A stretch of 64,000 nucleotides of DNA, from contig OZ220733.1 in assembly GCA_965116875.1 (NCBI GenBank), positions 5,120,001 to 5,184,000 on the forward strand, read 5' to 3'. Origin of the DNA: Candidatus Latescibacterota bacterium. Lineage in GTDB: Bacteria; Latescibacterota; UBA2968; GCA-2709665. The notes below the pieces were generated by a model. That model had not been told where the DNA came from. It was given only the letters and a program-made list of their open reading frames with translations, and searched no databases. The position numbers and the translations under genes are program-made. Shown piece by piece: positions 37,088-47,153 of this stretch; position 1 is the stretch's first letter, and each line of letters opens with the position of its first letter.

Positions 37088-40000
37088 CTACCGCTTCAAT
37101 ACGTAGAGTACCCCGTCCCCGGAAGCCGCCGCGATTTCCGGAAACCCGTCGCCGTCCACGTCCGCCGCGGCCATTGTCAACAGGGGGCCGCCGGTTTTGA
37201 ATCGCGCCAGCGTCCGTCCATCGCCGTTGGCAAGCAGATGCACGACGCCATCCACGGTCCCCGCGGCGACCTCGGGCCTCCCGTCGCCGTCGAAATCGCC
37301 CACGGCAATACAACGCACGACCTCCCCGAGGTCCGCTCGCCATCCAACGGTCCTTCCGTCTCCCTTGATCACGTACACGTTGAAACTCATCGAGGATGCC
37401 ACCACCTCATCCAGCCCGTCCCCGTCCATATCGGCCGTGACGACCTGCGTCACCTCGTCACCCGTATTGAACTGCCAGAGGAGCCTGCCGTCTGCGCCAA
37501 GGGTGTGAATATGCGTATCGGCCCCCGCGAAGACCACTTCCTTCATACCGTCCCCGTCCAGATCACCCGCCGCCGTGGAATTGGTCCGGGGGCCGGTCCT
37601 GGGATGGTAGGACCATCGGATCGCACCGCTGCCGTCAATGCAGTGCCAGCGATGGTATTCCGTTCCGGCAATCACCTCGTCCCTGCCGTCACCATCGATA
37701 TCCGCCGCGCAGCCCTGGGTGGATGAGTGTACGGTCATCTGATACCAGAGCAACTCTCCCTCGTGAGTGAACGCGTAGTAACGCCAGGACTCGGCTCCGG
37801 CGATCACCTCCAGCTTGCCGTCCCCGTTGATGTCTCCGGCAAATACGGTTTTCAGCATTGGTTTTCGGTAATACAAAGGGATTTCATATTCCCACTTCAC
37901 CTTACCCCCTGCGCTGAGGACGTAGACCTTCGTATCCGCGGACCCCGCAATTACCCGCGTCCTGCCGTCGCCCTCCAGGTCCGCGGCCCAAACGGATCTC
38001 ACCTCGCCCCCCGTGCGGAAACGCCAGAGCGCGGCGCCATCCCGCAGCGCACAGACGGACGCGCCCCGGCCGCCCGCCACCAGGACGTCCGATCCGTCCC
38101 GCAGAAGGTCTGCCGCGTACAACGAGAGAAACGGGCCCTCTTCCCCATAGGTCCACAGCGGCCTCAGTCGACCCGTGCGGCCCCGGCCGGGTCGGATCAA
38201 CTCCGGCTGCGACACATTCGAGCGCACCGAACGCGTGGCCGCCCTGCGCAGAGACATCACGGCGTCCGGCGGCACGCGGAACCGATGATCGCCCGCGGGC
38301 AATGCAAAAGACACCATGTCGCCGGAAACGGATGCATCCACGGCCTTTCCGTCCACAGTAACGCCCGAACGCCCACCCGACCACAGGCACAGCCTGGTAC
38401 GCTGCCGGACGGCCGCCCGACCCTCACCCCGAACCGGATCGTACTCCAAGGACACCGGCTGTTCCGAACGCAATTCCACACCTTCCCACGCGACCCCCGT
38501 GCCATCCGCGAACGCGAATCGGGACGGAGAGACCATGAACTGCGCCGCGGCCACGGTGGGACCGCCTGGAATCTCGACCGGTTCGCCGGGTTCTCCGGTG
38601 CCGGCGTAAACAACTTCCTCACCACCGTCAACCCGGACGACGCCATCCGTGAGACGCGTCAACTTCAAACTCCGCGTGGCCGGTTCACTGCCGCAATAGA
38701 GAAGGTTGAAGAACCGATACGTCTCACGCGCCTTCAATCGCACGTCCACGATCTGCTGAAGGATTCGCACCACCGGTTCCGCGTGCGGATATTCCGTCCA
38801 GTTCCTGCCCGTCTCCCCGTCGTCTTCCAGCTTCAGCGAAGGTCCCTTCAATCCCTGGATGAAAAACCGCTCTCCGTCCTGCTCCACCTTCAGACCGCCG
38901 CCGCGCAATGCCACGTCGCCCAGCGTCTGCCAGATCGCTCTGAAACCGAAGTCATCTTCCGACAGGGCTTCCATCTCATCGATCACCAGGAAGAACCGGC
39001 CCCGGTCCCAGAGGATGTTCCGGTGCCAGTCCACTCCGCTGTAGTCGCGCAGCGTGGTCTCGGAGAAGCCCGATCGGTCGAAGTTCGCTGCGCGCTCGAG
39101 CTCCACGTACGGCGGAATCTCGGCGGATTGTCCGTTCCTGAAAACCAGGACGCCGTTGTGAAACTTGGGCAGCGACTTGATATAGTCGCAATCGGCCAGC
39201 CAGATCCGCCGCCGCTGGGTAATGCGGCAAATCGAATTTCCGTCGTAATGTTTGTGCCCGCCGTTCGAGAGCCCGTCCAGGAACAGATATTGCGCCATCG
39301 GATCGTACCCGTCACGGAATACCACTTTATCGACGGTCTTCTTCAATGGCAGATGGTCCTTCCCCTGATTCGACGCGTAATACAGCGGATCCACCGGAAA
39401 GACCTGTGTGCCGTCCAGGTCCGCGGGCTCGACCGGGGTTACCCGTCTGTGGTATTCGTAGGCTGCGAATCGAGGCTCAACCTCCGTTTTCTTGTCGAGC
39501 ATCCACTGATATCGACCGTCGCCCGTCGCAAAAACAGCAGCCCGCAGATAGGGCAGTTCACTCCACCATCCAAAAGGCGAGGCATTGTCTCCATAGGGCA
39601 GCGCATAGCCCAGATTGTCCGTTGTCAGGACGGCATAGTCCGCGGCTTTCCGGGCGCACCCGTTCTCGAAAAAGGTCATATCTCCGCTGGAGAGTGAATA
39701 CCTGGTCAGATGGTAATGGGTCAGCCACTGGTACCCGCTGCAATCTTCGTGTGGCTTGAACGCTTTTGCCTGGTACCGGAAACACGCGTCGGACAGCGCC
39801 AGCCAGGCGTCCGCTTCCGGAATTCCGTAATACTTCCGGAAATAGGCGCCGGCATAGTGCAGCCCCAATGCGGCAAACGTGGTATGGTTGTGCCGCACGT
39901 GAGGAATTTCCATATCGCCCACGTGAGACACGCAATCGCTGACGAATTCGAACAGGATCCGGGTAATCCGCAGCCGGTCGTCGTCGGAGATCACCGGGCT

Positions 40001-40786
40001 TTCCTCTACGAGGTCCCACCCGGGCATCACCTTGTACAGCGCGAAATCCGCATCGAATCCCCAGATGCCGCCGTAGTTGTCCGGATCCGACATCGCGTGC
40101 CGGTACATCCGATAGACGAGGCGTTTGTAGATCTCCGCGTAGACGTCTTTTCCGGTCAGCCCGTACAGGAGCCCCCGCTCGCCGATCCGGCCCCAGAGGC
40201 CCGTATGTTCTCCCCGGCGCAACGCCTCCTCCGCGGCAGCCATCTCCGAATCCACGTCCGGCTCGTCTTCGAGCCCGGGAATCTTCAGCGCGTCGGACCC
40301 GAACCTCACCTCGAACAGAGGTCCGGTCGAAAGCGTGTCCCCCTTTTCCAATTTCGCCGAGAATCGCCTCACCGCGGCACGTACGCCCTCCAGGTCGCTT
40401 CCCAGCAGTCCCACGGCGTTCTTCCCATTCCCCCACGGGTCGTGTATCGACTGAACGAGATATCCCCCGCGCCCCGGATACAGGTCGTCCGCGGGGGTAT
40501 AGTTGTATCCGTAGAGACCGAAGACCACGGGATTCGTATTCACGTTTCCCAGCAGAATGAGATTCCGCTCCGGCGGCGCGGCCGTTTCCGTCACAATGGG
40601 GACATCAGCAGAGGAAAGATCGCGGATCTTTGCCTGCAATTCGGATGCCAGCGCCCGGTAGCGCGCATCTTCGGGACAGACGATGGCCGACGCGGCTCTG
40701 CCCCTGTCCACCAGCACCGTATCCGGGTAGCTTTTTTTCGGACGTTTCAAACTTCCGGGAGACCCCTTTTTGTCCGGCATGGGCAC
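37088..40786 (-). CDS. Large protein: lyase/heparinase-like core plus C-terminal FG-GAP beta-propeller repeats
   Basis: Repeated ADxDGDGxxEVIAG motifs; HNH, GHKHYDGNSI and WHRNILW heparinase-like motifs. Confidence 0.8.
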   Translation of the reverse strand: MPMPDKKGSPGSLKRPKKSYPDTVLVDRGRAASAIVCPEDARYRALASELQAKIRDLSSADVPIVTETAAPPERNLILLGNVNTNPVVFGLYGYNYTPADDLYPGRGGYLVQSIHDPWGNGKNAVGLLGSDLEGVRAAVRRFSAKLEKGDTLSTGPLFEVRFGSDALKIPGLEDEPDVDSEMAAAEEALRRGEHTGLWGRIGERGLLYGLTGKDVYAEIYKRLVYRMYRHAMSDPDNYGGIWGFDADFALYKVMPGWDLVEESPVISDDDRLRITRILFEFVSDCVSHVGDMEIPHVRHNHTTFAALGLHYAGAYFRKYYGIPEADAWLALSDACFRYQAKAFKPHEDCSGYQWLTHYHLTRYSLSSGDMTFFENGCARKAADYAVLTTDNLGYALPYGDNASPFGWWSELPYLRAAVFATGDGRYQWMLDKKTEVEPRFAAYEYHRRVTPVEPADLDGTQVFPVDPLYYASNQGKDHLPLKKTVDKVVFRDGYDPMAQYLFLDGLSNGGHKHYDGNSICRITQRRRIWLADCDYIKSLPKFHNGVLVFRNGQSAEIPPYVELERAANFDRSGFSETTLRDYSGVDWHRNILWDRGRFFLVIDEMEALSEDDFGFRAIWQTLGDVALRGGGLKVEQDGERFFIQGLKGPSLKLEDDGETGRNWTEYPHAEPVVRILQQIVDVRLKARETYRFFNLLYCGSEPATRSLKLTRLTDGVVRVDGGEEVVYAGTGEPGEPVEIPGGPTVAAAQFMVSPSRFAFADGTGVAWEGVELRSEQPVSLEYDPVRGEGRAAVRQRTRLCLWSGGRSGVTVDGKAVDASVSGDMVSFALPAGDHRFRVPPDAVMSLRRAATRSVRSNVSQPELIRPGRGRTGRLRPLWTYGEEGPFLSLYAADLLRDGSDVLVAGGRGASVCALRDGAALWRFRTGGEVRSVWAADLEGDGRTRVIAGSADTKVYVLSAGGKVKWEYEIPLYYRKPMLKTVFAGDINGDGKLEVIAGAESWRYYAFTHEGELLWYQMTVHSSTQGCAADIDGDGRDEVIAGTEYHRWHCIDGSGAIRWSYHPRTGPRTNSTAAGDLDGDGMKEVVFAGADTHIHTLGADGRLLWQFNTGDEVTQVVTADMDGDGLDEVVASSMSFNVYVIKGDGRTVGWRADLGEVVRCIAVGDFDGDGRPEVAAGTVDGVVHLLANGDGRTLARFKTGGPLLTMAAADVDGDGFPEIAAASGDGVLYVLKR

Positions 40787-40821
40787 GTCCTTTCGAATCC
40801 GTCATCTGGCAAGAAGCCGTA

Positions 40822-41143
40822 TTAACCTCAATTCCAAAAAAAAAACTACAGTCAGATTGACCACAAAAAGCCTGAATTCGGGTAGAAGGTAGAGGGAAGA
40901 CGGGAGAAGAAACCCTTGCCCGCGACTCTATTCCTTCTTGCCTCCGGCAGGAGAAGAAACTCCACAAGGCAGGAAATCTCTCCCCTCTATCGTCTCCCGT
41001 CTACCCAATTCTAGGGGGCCCGGGGGAGAGGTCCTGAACACTTCCAGTAACCTGGTGTATCCTGGGTATCCGCCGTTGAATCGCCTTTATTAACGAACAC
41101 ATATTCGAATGAACGTCCACGAAAACTTACGAATCAAGGTTAA
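40822..41143 (+). mobile_element. MITE-like element family 1, copy B (core in orientation 2)
   Basis: TIRs TTAACCTCAATTC / GAATCAAGGTTAA (11/13). Confidence 0.85.
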
Positions 41144-41835
41144 ATTTCCACGAACTTTTCAAACAGGAACAGTCCGATCAACAGAAAAACCAGCCCGGAG
41201 ACAACCGTGTATGCCATCCATGCGAGGCCGGCTGGAAGACCCGCAGGAAGATCGGACACGAGATAACCGGCCAGTGCGAAATACAGGATCACGCACGACA
41301 CGAACGAAGCGACCGTCACCAGACCCCTCAGCCGTGATGCCGTGTACCTGGCGCCTTCCACGGCCGTAACAATGCCAAGCGTCAGGAACGTGTAACATCC
41401 CAGGAACCCGGCGGTGTATCCGTAAACCGACGCCGTCGTGACACCGAAGAACCCCAGAATCCGAGATACGTCTTCCCCGGGGGCGCGCGCCACCACGGCA
41501 TAGACGCCTGCGCCGGCAATCGAGAACAGCAGAAGGCCGATACTCAGGATCGCGGCGTATTTGCAGAGGCACACGACCGCCGCCCGGACGGGGAGCGCAA
41601 AGAGCAGATAGGTTGTATTGCCTCGCCATTCCCCGTTGAACGAGGAAGCCAGCAGGAATGGCAGGACAGACATGATCGCCCAGAGGGGAAACGCTGAAAA
41701 AAACAGGGCGAGCACGTGCGTTTCAACGGACAACAGGACCCAGCCCTGCACCACCAGGGTGCCGATGGCAAGGATGCCGGATACATTCCTCGCGTCCCTC
41801 AACTCCTTAAAATACAGAGCACAAAACATCTTCAT
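41140..41835 (-). CDS. ABC-2 type transporter permease
   Basis: About six TM helices, KELR near the N-terminus, YLLFALPVR motif; follows an ABC ATPase gene. Confidence 0.75.
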   Translation of the reverse strand: MKMFCALYFKELRDARNVSGILAIGTLVVQGWVLLSVETHVLALFFSAFPLWAIMSVLPFLLASSFNGEWRGNTTYLLFALPVRAAVVCLCKYAAILSIGLLLFSIAGAGVYAVVARAPGEDVSRILGFFGVTTASVYGYTAGFLGCYTFLTLGIVTAVEGARYTASRLRGLVTVASFVSCVILYFALAGYLVSDLPAGLPAGLAWMAYTVVSGLVFLLIGLFLFEKFVEI

Positions 41836-41854
41836 ACGCTCTTGGCCTCGTGCA

Positions 41855-42544
41855 TCAGGCAACCGCCATTTCGAAGATCTCGGACAGAGACTTCCCGTGT
41901 TCCTGCTGCAATTGGTCCGTCCGACCCGCGGCAAACGTCTCACCGTCGCGCAGAAGCAGGACATCTTCGATAAACGGTTCCACGTCGGATACCAGGTGGG
42001 TTGAAATCAACACCGTCTGCCCGGAATGCCGAAACTGGTTGAAGAGACTGTCCAGTATGCGCCTCCGGGACGGCGGATCGATACCCCCCAGGGGTTCGTC
42101 CATCAGCACCACTTCAGGGGACCACGAGAATGCGGAGACCACCTTCAGCCTTGCCCGCTGTCCTCGCGAGAGGGCGCCCACCTTGCGGTCTTCCGGCAGA
42201 TTCATGAAATCCAGCAGCCTCCTTGCCCGTCCCGCGTCCCAGGTGGCACGAAAGGACGAGAGGAAATCCAGCTGTTCTCCCACCTTCATCCACGAATAAA
42301 ACGGATCGACTTCAGGCAGATAGGATACCACCGGCTTTGTGGCAAACCCGGTCGGGGTCTCGCCGATTTGCGCCCGCCCCCGGGTGGGCCGCGTCACGCC
42401 CGCCAGAATCCGGAACAACGTACTCTTTCCGCTTCCGTTTTCACCCAGCACGCCAAGCACCCTGCCACGAGCCACCGTCAGCGACACGCCTCTGAGCGCC
42501 CACGAACCAGGGTATCTCTTCCATAGGTCTTCGACGCAAACCAT
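41855..42544 (-). CDS. ABC transporter ATP-binding protein
   Basis: GENGSGKS, LSRGQ, LMDEP, STH. Confidence 0.95.
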   Translation of the reverse strand: MVCVEDLWKRYPGSWALRGVSLTVARGRVLGVLGENGSGKSTLFRILAGVTRPTRGRAQIGETPTGFATKPVVSYLPEVDPFYSWMKVGEQLDFLSSFRATWDAGRARRLLDFMNLPEDRKVGALSRGQRARLKVVSAFSWSPEVVLMDEPLGGIDPPSRRRILDSLFNQFRHSGQTVLISTHLVSDVEPFIEDVLLLRDGETFAAGRTDQLQQEHGKSLSEIFEMAVA

Positions 42545-42564
42545 CCCTGCACAACCCCGAATAG

Positions 42565-42600
42565 AAAAAGGCCGCCCCGGTATCCAGTCCGGAAGCGGCC
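42565..42600 (-). terminator. Intrinsic terminator after ferritin
   Basis: Minus strand GGCCGC..GCGGCC followed by TTTTT. Confidence 0.6.
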
Positions 42601-42626
42601 GAATCTGGCAACAACAACGGCGGGAT

Positions 42627-43106
42627 TCAGCGCATATCGCGATCGACCAGGAACAGCCCGTATCGATCGTCGCCCACCAGTTCCAGCTTCTTCACGATAG
42701 CCCGAAGCCGGGCCTCCTCCTCCACCTGTTCGTTGACGAACCACTGCAGGAACGTGTTGGTCGCATGGGCGCGGTTCTTCATGGCCAGATCGACCAGATC
42801 GTTGATCCGGCCGCTGGATTCCTGTTCCCGCCGATATGCTTCCGATATCGCGTCCAGCGGCGAACTCCAGTCCGCCGGCGGTTCGGAAATTGCCTTGAAC
42901 CCGACCGGCGCCTCCCGTTCGTGCAGGAATTCGTAGATCTTCATCGCATGCGCCATCTCCCTCTGGGCCTGCTTTCCCATCCACCTGGAAAATCCGTTCA
43001 GATTGACCGATTTGAAATAGGAAGACATGGCCAGGTAGGTATACCAGGCGAGGAATTCACTGTTGACCTGATCGTTCAGCGCCGATTGAATTTCCTTGCT
43101 AAACAT
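42627..43106 (-). CDS. ftnA: Non-heme ferritin
   Basis: ALNDQVNSEF..YLAMSSY..EMAHAMK..FLQWFVNEQVEEE. Confidence 0.9.
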   Translation of the reverse strand: MFSKEIQSALNDQVNSEFLAWYTYLAMSSYFKSVNLNGFSRWMGKQAQREMAHAMKIYEFLHEREAPVGFKAISEPPADWSSPLDAISEAYRREQESSGRINDLVDLAMKNRAHATNTFLQWFVNEQVEEEARLRAIVKKLELVGDDRYGLFLVDRDMR

Positions 43107-43238
43107 CGACTCCCCCGTGCCTTTGATTGGGGACGTCCCCGTGCACCCGTTGCGCGTCGCATGCGCGAGCGCCAACGACGGGCCCGAACCCGCACCGGAA
43201 TTCAGACCCGGCATTCAAGTCACCGTGCCGCGAGGCGC

Positions 43239-43592
43239 CTATTGGGGCTGAGGTACTTTGCAGCATTCCGGCAGACTCGCGTAGGCCGCGCTGTCGGCGA
43301 GGGCCTCATTCGCCTGGTAACCCACCCCGGCAATCGCCCGTTCCATCGTCGCCAGGTCGGTCCGCGTCGCGTCGTAGGTCACGCTTGCGACCTTGACATC
43401 CATGTCGACGGCCACCTCGGCCACGCCCTCGACGTTTTTCAAAGTCTTCTCAATCTTGTTCGCGCACATCATGCACTGCGCCGTGGGCACCTTGATTTTG
43501 GCCGTACGGGTCTCCGCCGTGGAACAGCCCGTGACGGCGACAAGAGAGAACGCGAACACGCTTGAAAGCACGATGCAAATGGTCTTGCGCAT
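43239..43592 (-). CDS. Exported heavy-metal-associated (HMA) domain lipoprotein
   Basis: Signal with VTGC, AQCMMC metal-binding motif, C-terminal LPECC. Confidence 0.85.
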   Translation of the reverse strand: MRKTICIVLSSVFAFSLVAVTGCSTAETRTAKIKVPTAQCMMCANKIEKTLKNVEGVAEVAVDMDVKVASVTYDATRTDLATMERAIAGVGYQANEALADSAAYASLPECCKVPQPQ

Positions 43593-43683
43593 GGATTGAT
43601 CTCCTTTGTTGAGAGGGAAAGCCTGGCGCCTTCCCGATACCTGACGTCTTCAACCTCGAATATATGACAACACCTATCGATAA

Positions 43684-46600
43684 TCAACTGTCTTCTTCTA
43701 AAGATCGACCCTTCCACAACGCGTAGATCGCGGGTATCACAATTAGGGTCAGCAGTGCCGACGAAGCAACCCCGCCCACCATCGGCGCGGCAATGCGCTT
43801 CATCGTCTGCGACCCGATGCCGTGTCCCCACATGATGGGAAGCAACGCCAGCAACGTCGTGAGTACTGTCATCATTTTCGGCCTGACCCGTTCCACGGCG
43901 CCGGCGATAACCGCTGTCCTCAGGTCCGAAGCCTTCATCTCGCCGCCTCGCGCCTTCCGGATACGATCGTACGCATGATCCAGATAAACCAGCATGACCA
44001 CGCCTGTCTCGGCCGCCAGACCGCCCAGCGCGATGAATCCAACCCCCACCGCAACGCTCATGTTGTAGTCCAGCAGATACATCAGCCAGATCCCGCCCAC
44101 CATCGCAAAGGGCAGGGACAGCATCACAATCAGGCTCTCGGTAATATTCCTGAAGTTGAGATACAACAGCAGGAATATGATCCCGAGGGTGAGCGGCACC
44201 ACCAGCTTCAATCGCTTTTCCGCCCTCTGCATATATTCGTACTGCCCGCTCCAGGTGATCGAATAGCCCGGCGGCATCGTCACCTTCTCCAACACCGCCT
44301 TCTGGGCGCGTTTCACGTAGGTCCCCACGTCGATGCCCTGGATATCCACGTACACCCAGGCGTTCAGGCGCGCGTTCTCGCTCTTGATCCCCGGCGGTCC
44401 CTTCCTGATCCGGATGTCCGCGAGTTGCTGGATGGGAATCTGGGCGCCGGTGGGCGTTGGCACCAGCACCCGGCGCAGCGCCGGCAGGTTGTCGCGCAGT
44501 TCCCTGTCATAACGCAGATTGACCGGATAGCGCTCCAGGCCCTCAACGGTCGTTGTGATATTCATCCCGCCGACCGCAAACATGATCACGTCCTGAACGT
44601 CTCCGGTCGTAAGCCCGTAGCGTGCGGCTTCTTCCCGGTCGATTTCGAAATCCAGGTAGTTTCCGCCCACGACGCGTTCGGCAAACACGCTCAGAGTACC
44701 CGGCAGATCGCGGATCACCCCTTCGATCTGCTCGCCCAGGCGCTGCAACACCTCCAGGTCCTCACCCGCGACTTTCACGCCAACCGGGGTCTTGATCCCG
44801 GTCGACAGCATGTCGATTCTCGTCTTGATGGGCATTGTCCACGAATTGGTCAGACCGGGGAACTGAATCGCCCGGTTCAATCGGTCGATCAGCTTTTCGG
44901 GTGTCATGCCCGGGCGCCACTCGCTCTCCGGTTTCAGCGTAATGGTGGTCTCGATCATTGATAGCGGCGCCGGGTCGGTTGCGGTCTCGGCGCGCCCGAT
45001 CTTTCCGAATACGTCCTGGACCTCCGGAAACGCCTTGATGATCTTGTCCGTCTGCTGCAGCAGTTCACGCGCTCGGGTTACGGAGATTCCAGGCAGCGTG
45101 GTGGGCATGTAGAGAAGGTCTCCCTCGTACAGGGGCGGCATGAATTCGGAACCGATCTTCTCCAGGGGAAACAGGCGGTCCAGCCTCAGAAGCGCGCGAT
45201 ACGCGACGCTGCGCGGCGCATCGGAGAACCGCTCGAGTACCGTGCTCCTGAACGGAAAGAGGGTTACGAACATCACGGCCACCGCCAGCAGAATCGTGGC
45301 GACCCTGTGCCTCAGGACCCAGTCGATGACAGGTCGGTAGGCCCAGATGAAAAACCGGCTGCTGGGGTTCCGCGCCTCCGGCCGGATTCTGCCCCGGACG
45401 AAAATGCTCACGAGCACGGGTACGACCGTGACGGCCAGCAACGCCGCGCCGGCCATCGCGTACGTCTTTGTATAGGCCAGCGGACTGAAGAGGCGGCCCT
45501 CCTGGGCCTGGAGCGTGAACACCGGAAGGAAGGAGACCGTTATCATGAGCAGCGAATAGAACAGCGCCGGGCCCACCTCCCTGGACGCGAGGGCGACGAT
45601 CTCGAGATGACTTCTCCGTCCGTTGTTCTGCTCCAGGTGCTTATGGGCGTTCTCGATCATCACGATCGACGCGTCGACCATCGCGCCAATGGCAACCGCG
45701 ATCCCGCCCAGCGACATGATGTTGGAGCTCACTTCCTGCGTATACATCATGCCGAACGAAATGAGTACCCCGGTTGAAAGTGAGAAAATCGCCACGAACG
45801 CGCTGCGAAAGTGCAGCAGAAACACGATGCAGACCAGCGCAACGACCGCCATTTCCTCAATCAGCTTGTTTCTCAGATTGTCGATGGCGCGGCGTATGAG
45901 CGCGGACCGGTCGTACGCCGGCTTAATTTCGACGCCTTCGGGCAGTCCGGGTTTGAGCGATTCGATTTTCTCCTTGACCCGATCGATCACAGCCAGCGCG
46001 TTTTCGCCGTAACGCATCACAACGATGCCGCCCACGACCTCGCCCTCGCCGTTCCATTCGGCCAGACCCCTGCGAAGCTCAGGACCCAGCTGTACCGTGG
46101 CGATATCACCCACCCGTACCGGGGTACCCCTGGAATCGACCCCCACGGCGACATTGCGAATATCCTCCGTGGAACGCAGATAGCCCAGCCCGCGGACCAT
46201 AAACTCCGTTTCCCCGAATTCCACGATGCGCCCGCCCACGTCATTATTGCTCCGCCGGATCGCCGATCGGACTTTCTGCAACGGAATGTTGTAAGCCAGC
46301 AGCCGGTTGGGGTCCACGGTTACCTGGTACTGTTTCACGTACCCGCCCACCGCCGCCACCTCCGCTACGCCCTGCACGCTGCTGAGTTCGTAACGCAGGT
46401 ACCAGTCCTGGATGGACCGCAGTTCCGAGAGGTCGCGGCGCCCCGTGCTGTCAACCAGCACGTACTCATACACCCATCCGACCCCGGTGGCATCCGGACC
46501 CAACCGCGGCGCGACACCCGCGGGCAGGCGGTTCGAAACGGTGTCGAGCGCCTCCAGGACCCGGCTTCTGGCCCAGTAGATATCCGTGCCATCCTCGAAG

Positions 46601-46887
46601 ATCACGTAGACGAACGACAGTCCAAAGAATGAATACCCTCTCACAACGCTTGCCTTCGGCACAGCCAGCATTGCAGAGGTGAGCGGATAAGTCACCTGGT
46701 CCTCCACAACGCGCGGCGCCTGTCCCTGAAAGTCAGTCATTACGATCACCTGCACGTCCGACAGGTCCGGAATCGCGTCCAGGGGCGTATTCAGCATCGC
46801 GTAAACCCCCCACGCGATTGCAAAAACCGTGGCCATGATGACCAGAATTCGGTTCCGGAGGCTGAGTTCGATAATTTGACCAATCAT
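43684..46887 (-). CDS. cusA: CusA/CzcA family heavy-metal RND efflux permease
   Basis: DAIPDLSDVQVI, GPDATGVGWVYEY, EFMPPLYEGDLLYMP, RVRPKMMT. Confidence 0.95.
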   Translation of the reverse strand: MIGQIIELSLRNRILVIMATVFAIAWGVYAMLNTPLDAIPDLSDVQVIVMTDFQGQAPRVVEDQVTYPLTSAMLAVPKASVVRGYSFFGLSFVYVIFEDGTDIYWARSRVLEALDTVSNRLPAGVAPRLGPDATGVGWVYEYVLVDSTGRRDLSELRSIQDWYLRYELSSVQGVAEVAAVGGYVKQYQVTVDPNRLLAYNIPLQKVRSAIRRSNNDVGGRIVEFGETEFMVRGLGYLRSTEDIRNVAVGVDSRGTPVRVGDIATVQLGPELRRGLAEWNGEGEVVGGIVVMRYGENALAVIDRVKEKIESLKPGLPEGVEIKPAYDRSALIRRAIDNLRNKLIEEMAVVALVCIVFLLHFRSAFVAIFSLSTGVLISFGMMYTQEVSSNIMSLGGIAVAIGAMVDASIVMIENAHKHLEQNNGRRSHLEIVALASREVGPALFYSLLMITVSFLPVFTLQAQEGRLFSPLAYTKTYAMAGAALLAVTVVPVLVSIFVRGRIRPEARNPSSRFFIWAYRPVIDWVLRHRVATILLAVAVMFVTLFPFRSTVLERFSDAPRSVAYRALLRLDRLFPLEKIGSEFMPPLYEGDLLYMPTTLPGISVTRARELLQQTDKIIKAFPEVQDVFGKIGRAETATDPAPLSMIETTITLKPESEWRPGMTPEKLIDRLNRAIQFPGLTNSWTMPIKTRIDMLSTGIKTPVGVKVAGEDLEVLQRLGEQIEGVIRDLPGTLSVFAERVVGGNYLDFEIDREEAARYGLTTGDVQDVIMFAVGGMNITTTVEGLERYPVNLRYDRELRDNLPALRRVLVPTPTGAQIPIQQLADIRIRKGPPGIKSENARLNAWVYVDIQGIDVGTYVKRAQKAVLEKVTMPPGYSITWSGQYEYMQRAEKRLKLVVPLTLGIIFLLLYLNFRNITESLIVMLSLPFAMVGGIWLMYLLDYNMSVAVGVGFIALGGLAAETGVVMLVYLDHAYDRIRKARGGEMKASDLRTAVIAGAVERVRPKMMTVLTTLLALLPIMWGHGIGSQTMKRIAAPMVGGVASSALLTLIVIPAIYALWKGRSLEEDS

Positions 46888-46914
46888 ACGAAGAACTCCT
46901 GCTTTTTTCCTTTC

Positions 46915-47153
46915 GTGAGTCAGATTGCCTGAATTCGGCCGACCAGAAGCAGCAAAAACTGCCATCAGCGCTCAGCCGTCAGCTTGAATCAAAAACCCGA
47001 TCAATTGACGTCAGCGCTGTGATGAGTCGGAACCGGAACGGGCGCAATGCGGGCACTTCGACAAGCTCAACGCAAGCTGCACGGACAGCGCAGGCAACAC
47101 AGCGGTACGGGACGACTCGCCGCGACAATCGTGACGATCTTCAGAAACTCTAG
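46915..47153. mobile_element. Degenerate MITE family 2 copy with an inserted REP-like unit, between cusB and cusA
   Basis: TTGCCTGAATTCGGCCG and AGCGCAGGCAACACAGCGGTACGGGACGACTCGCCGCGACAATCGTGACGA resemble the reverse complement of 23983-24151; REP-like unit at 47054-47077. Confidence 0.6.

Noticed and set aside
37727-39697. Long antisense ORFs (656 aa here; also 276-1838, 7313-8551, 9548-10873, 43822-44961, 51849-53750)
   Set aside because: Shadow frames opposite well-supported genes in GC-rich DNA; no recognisable motifs
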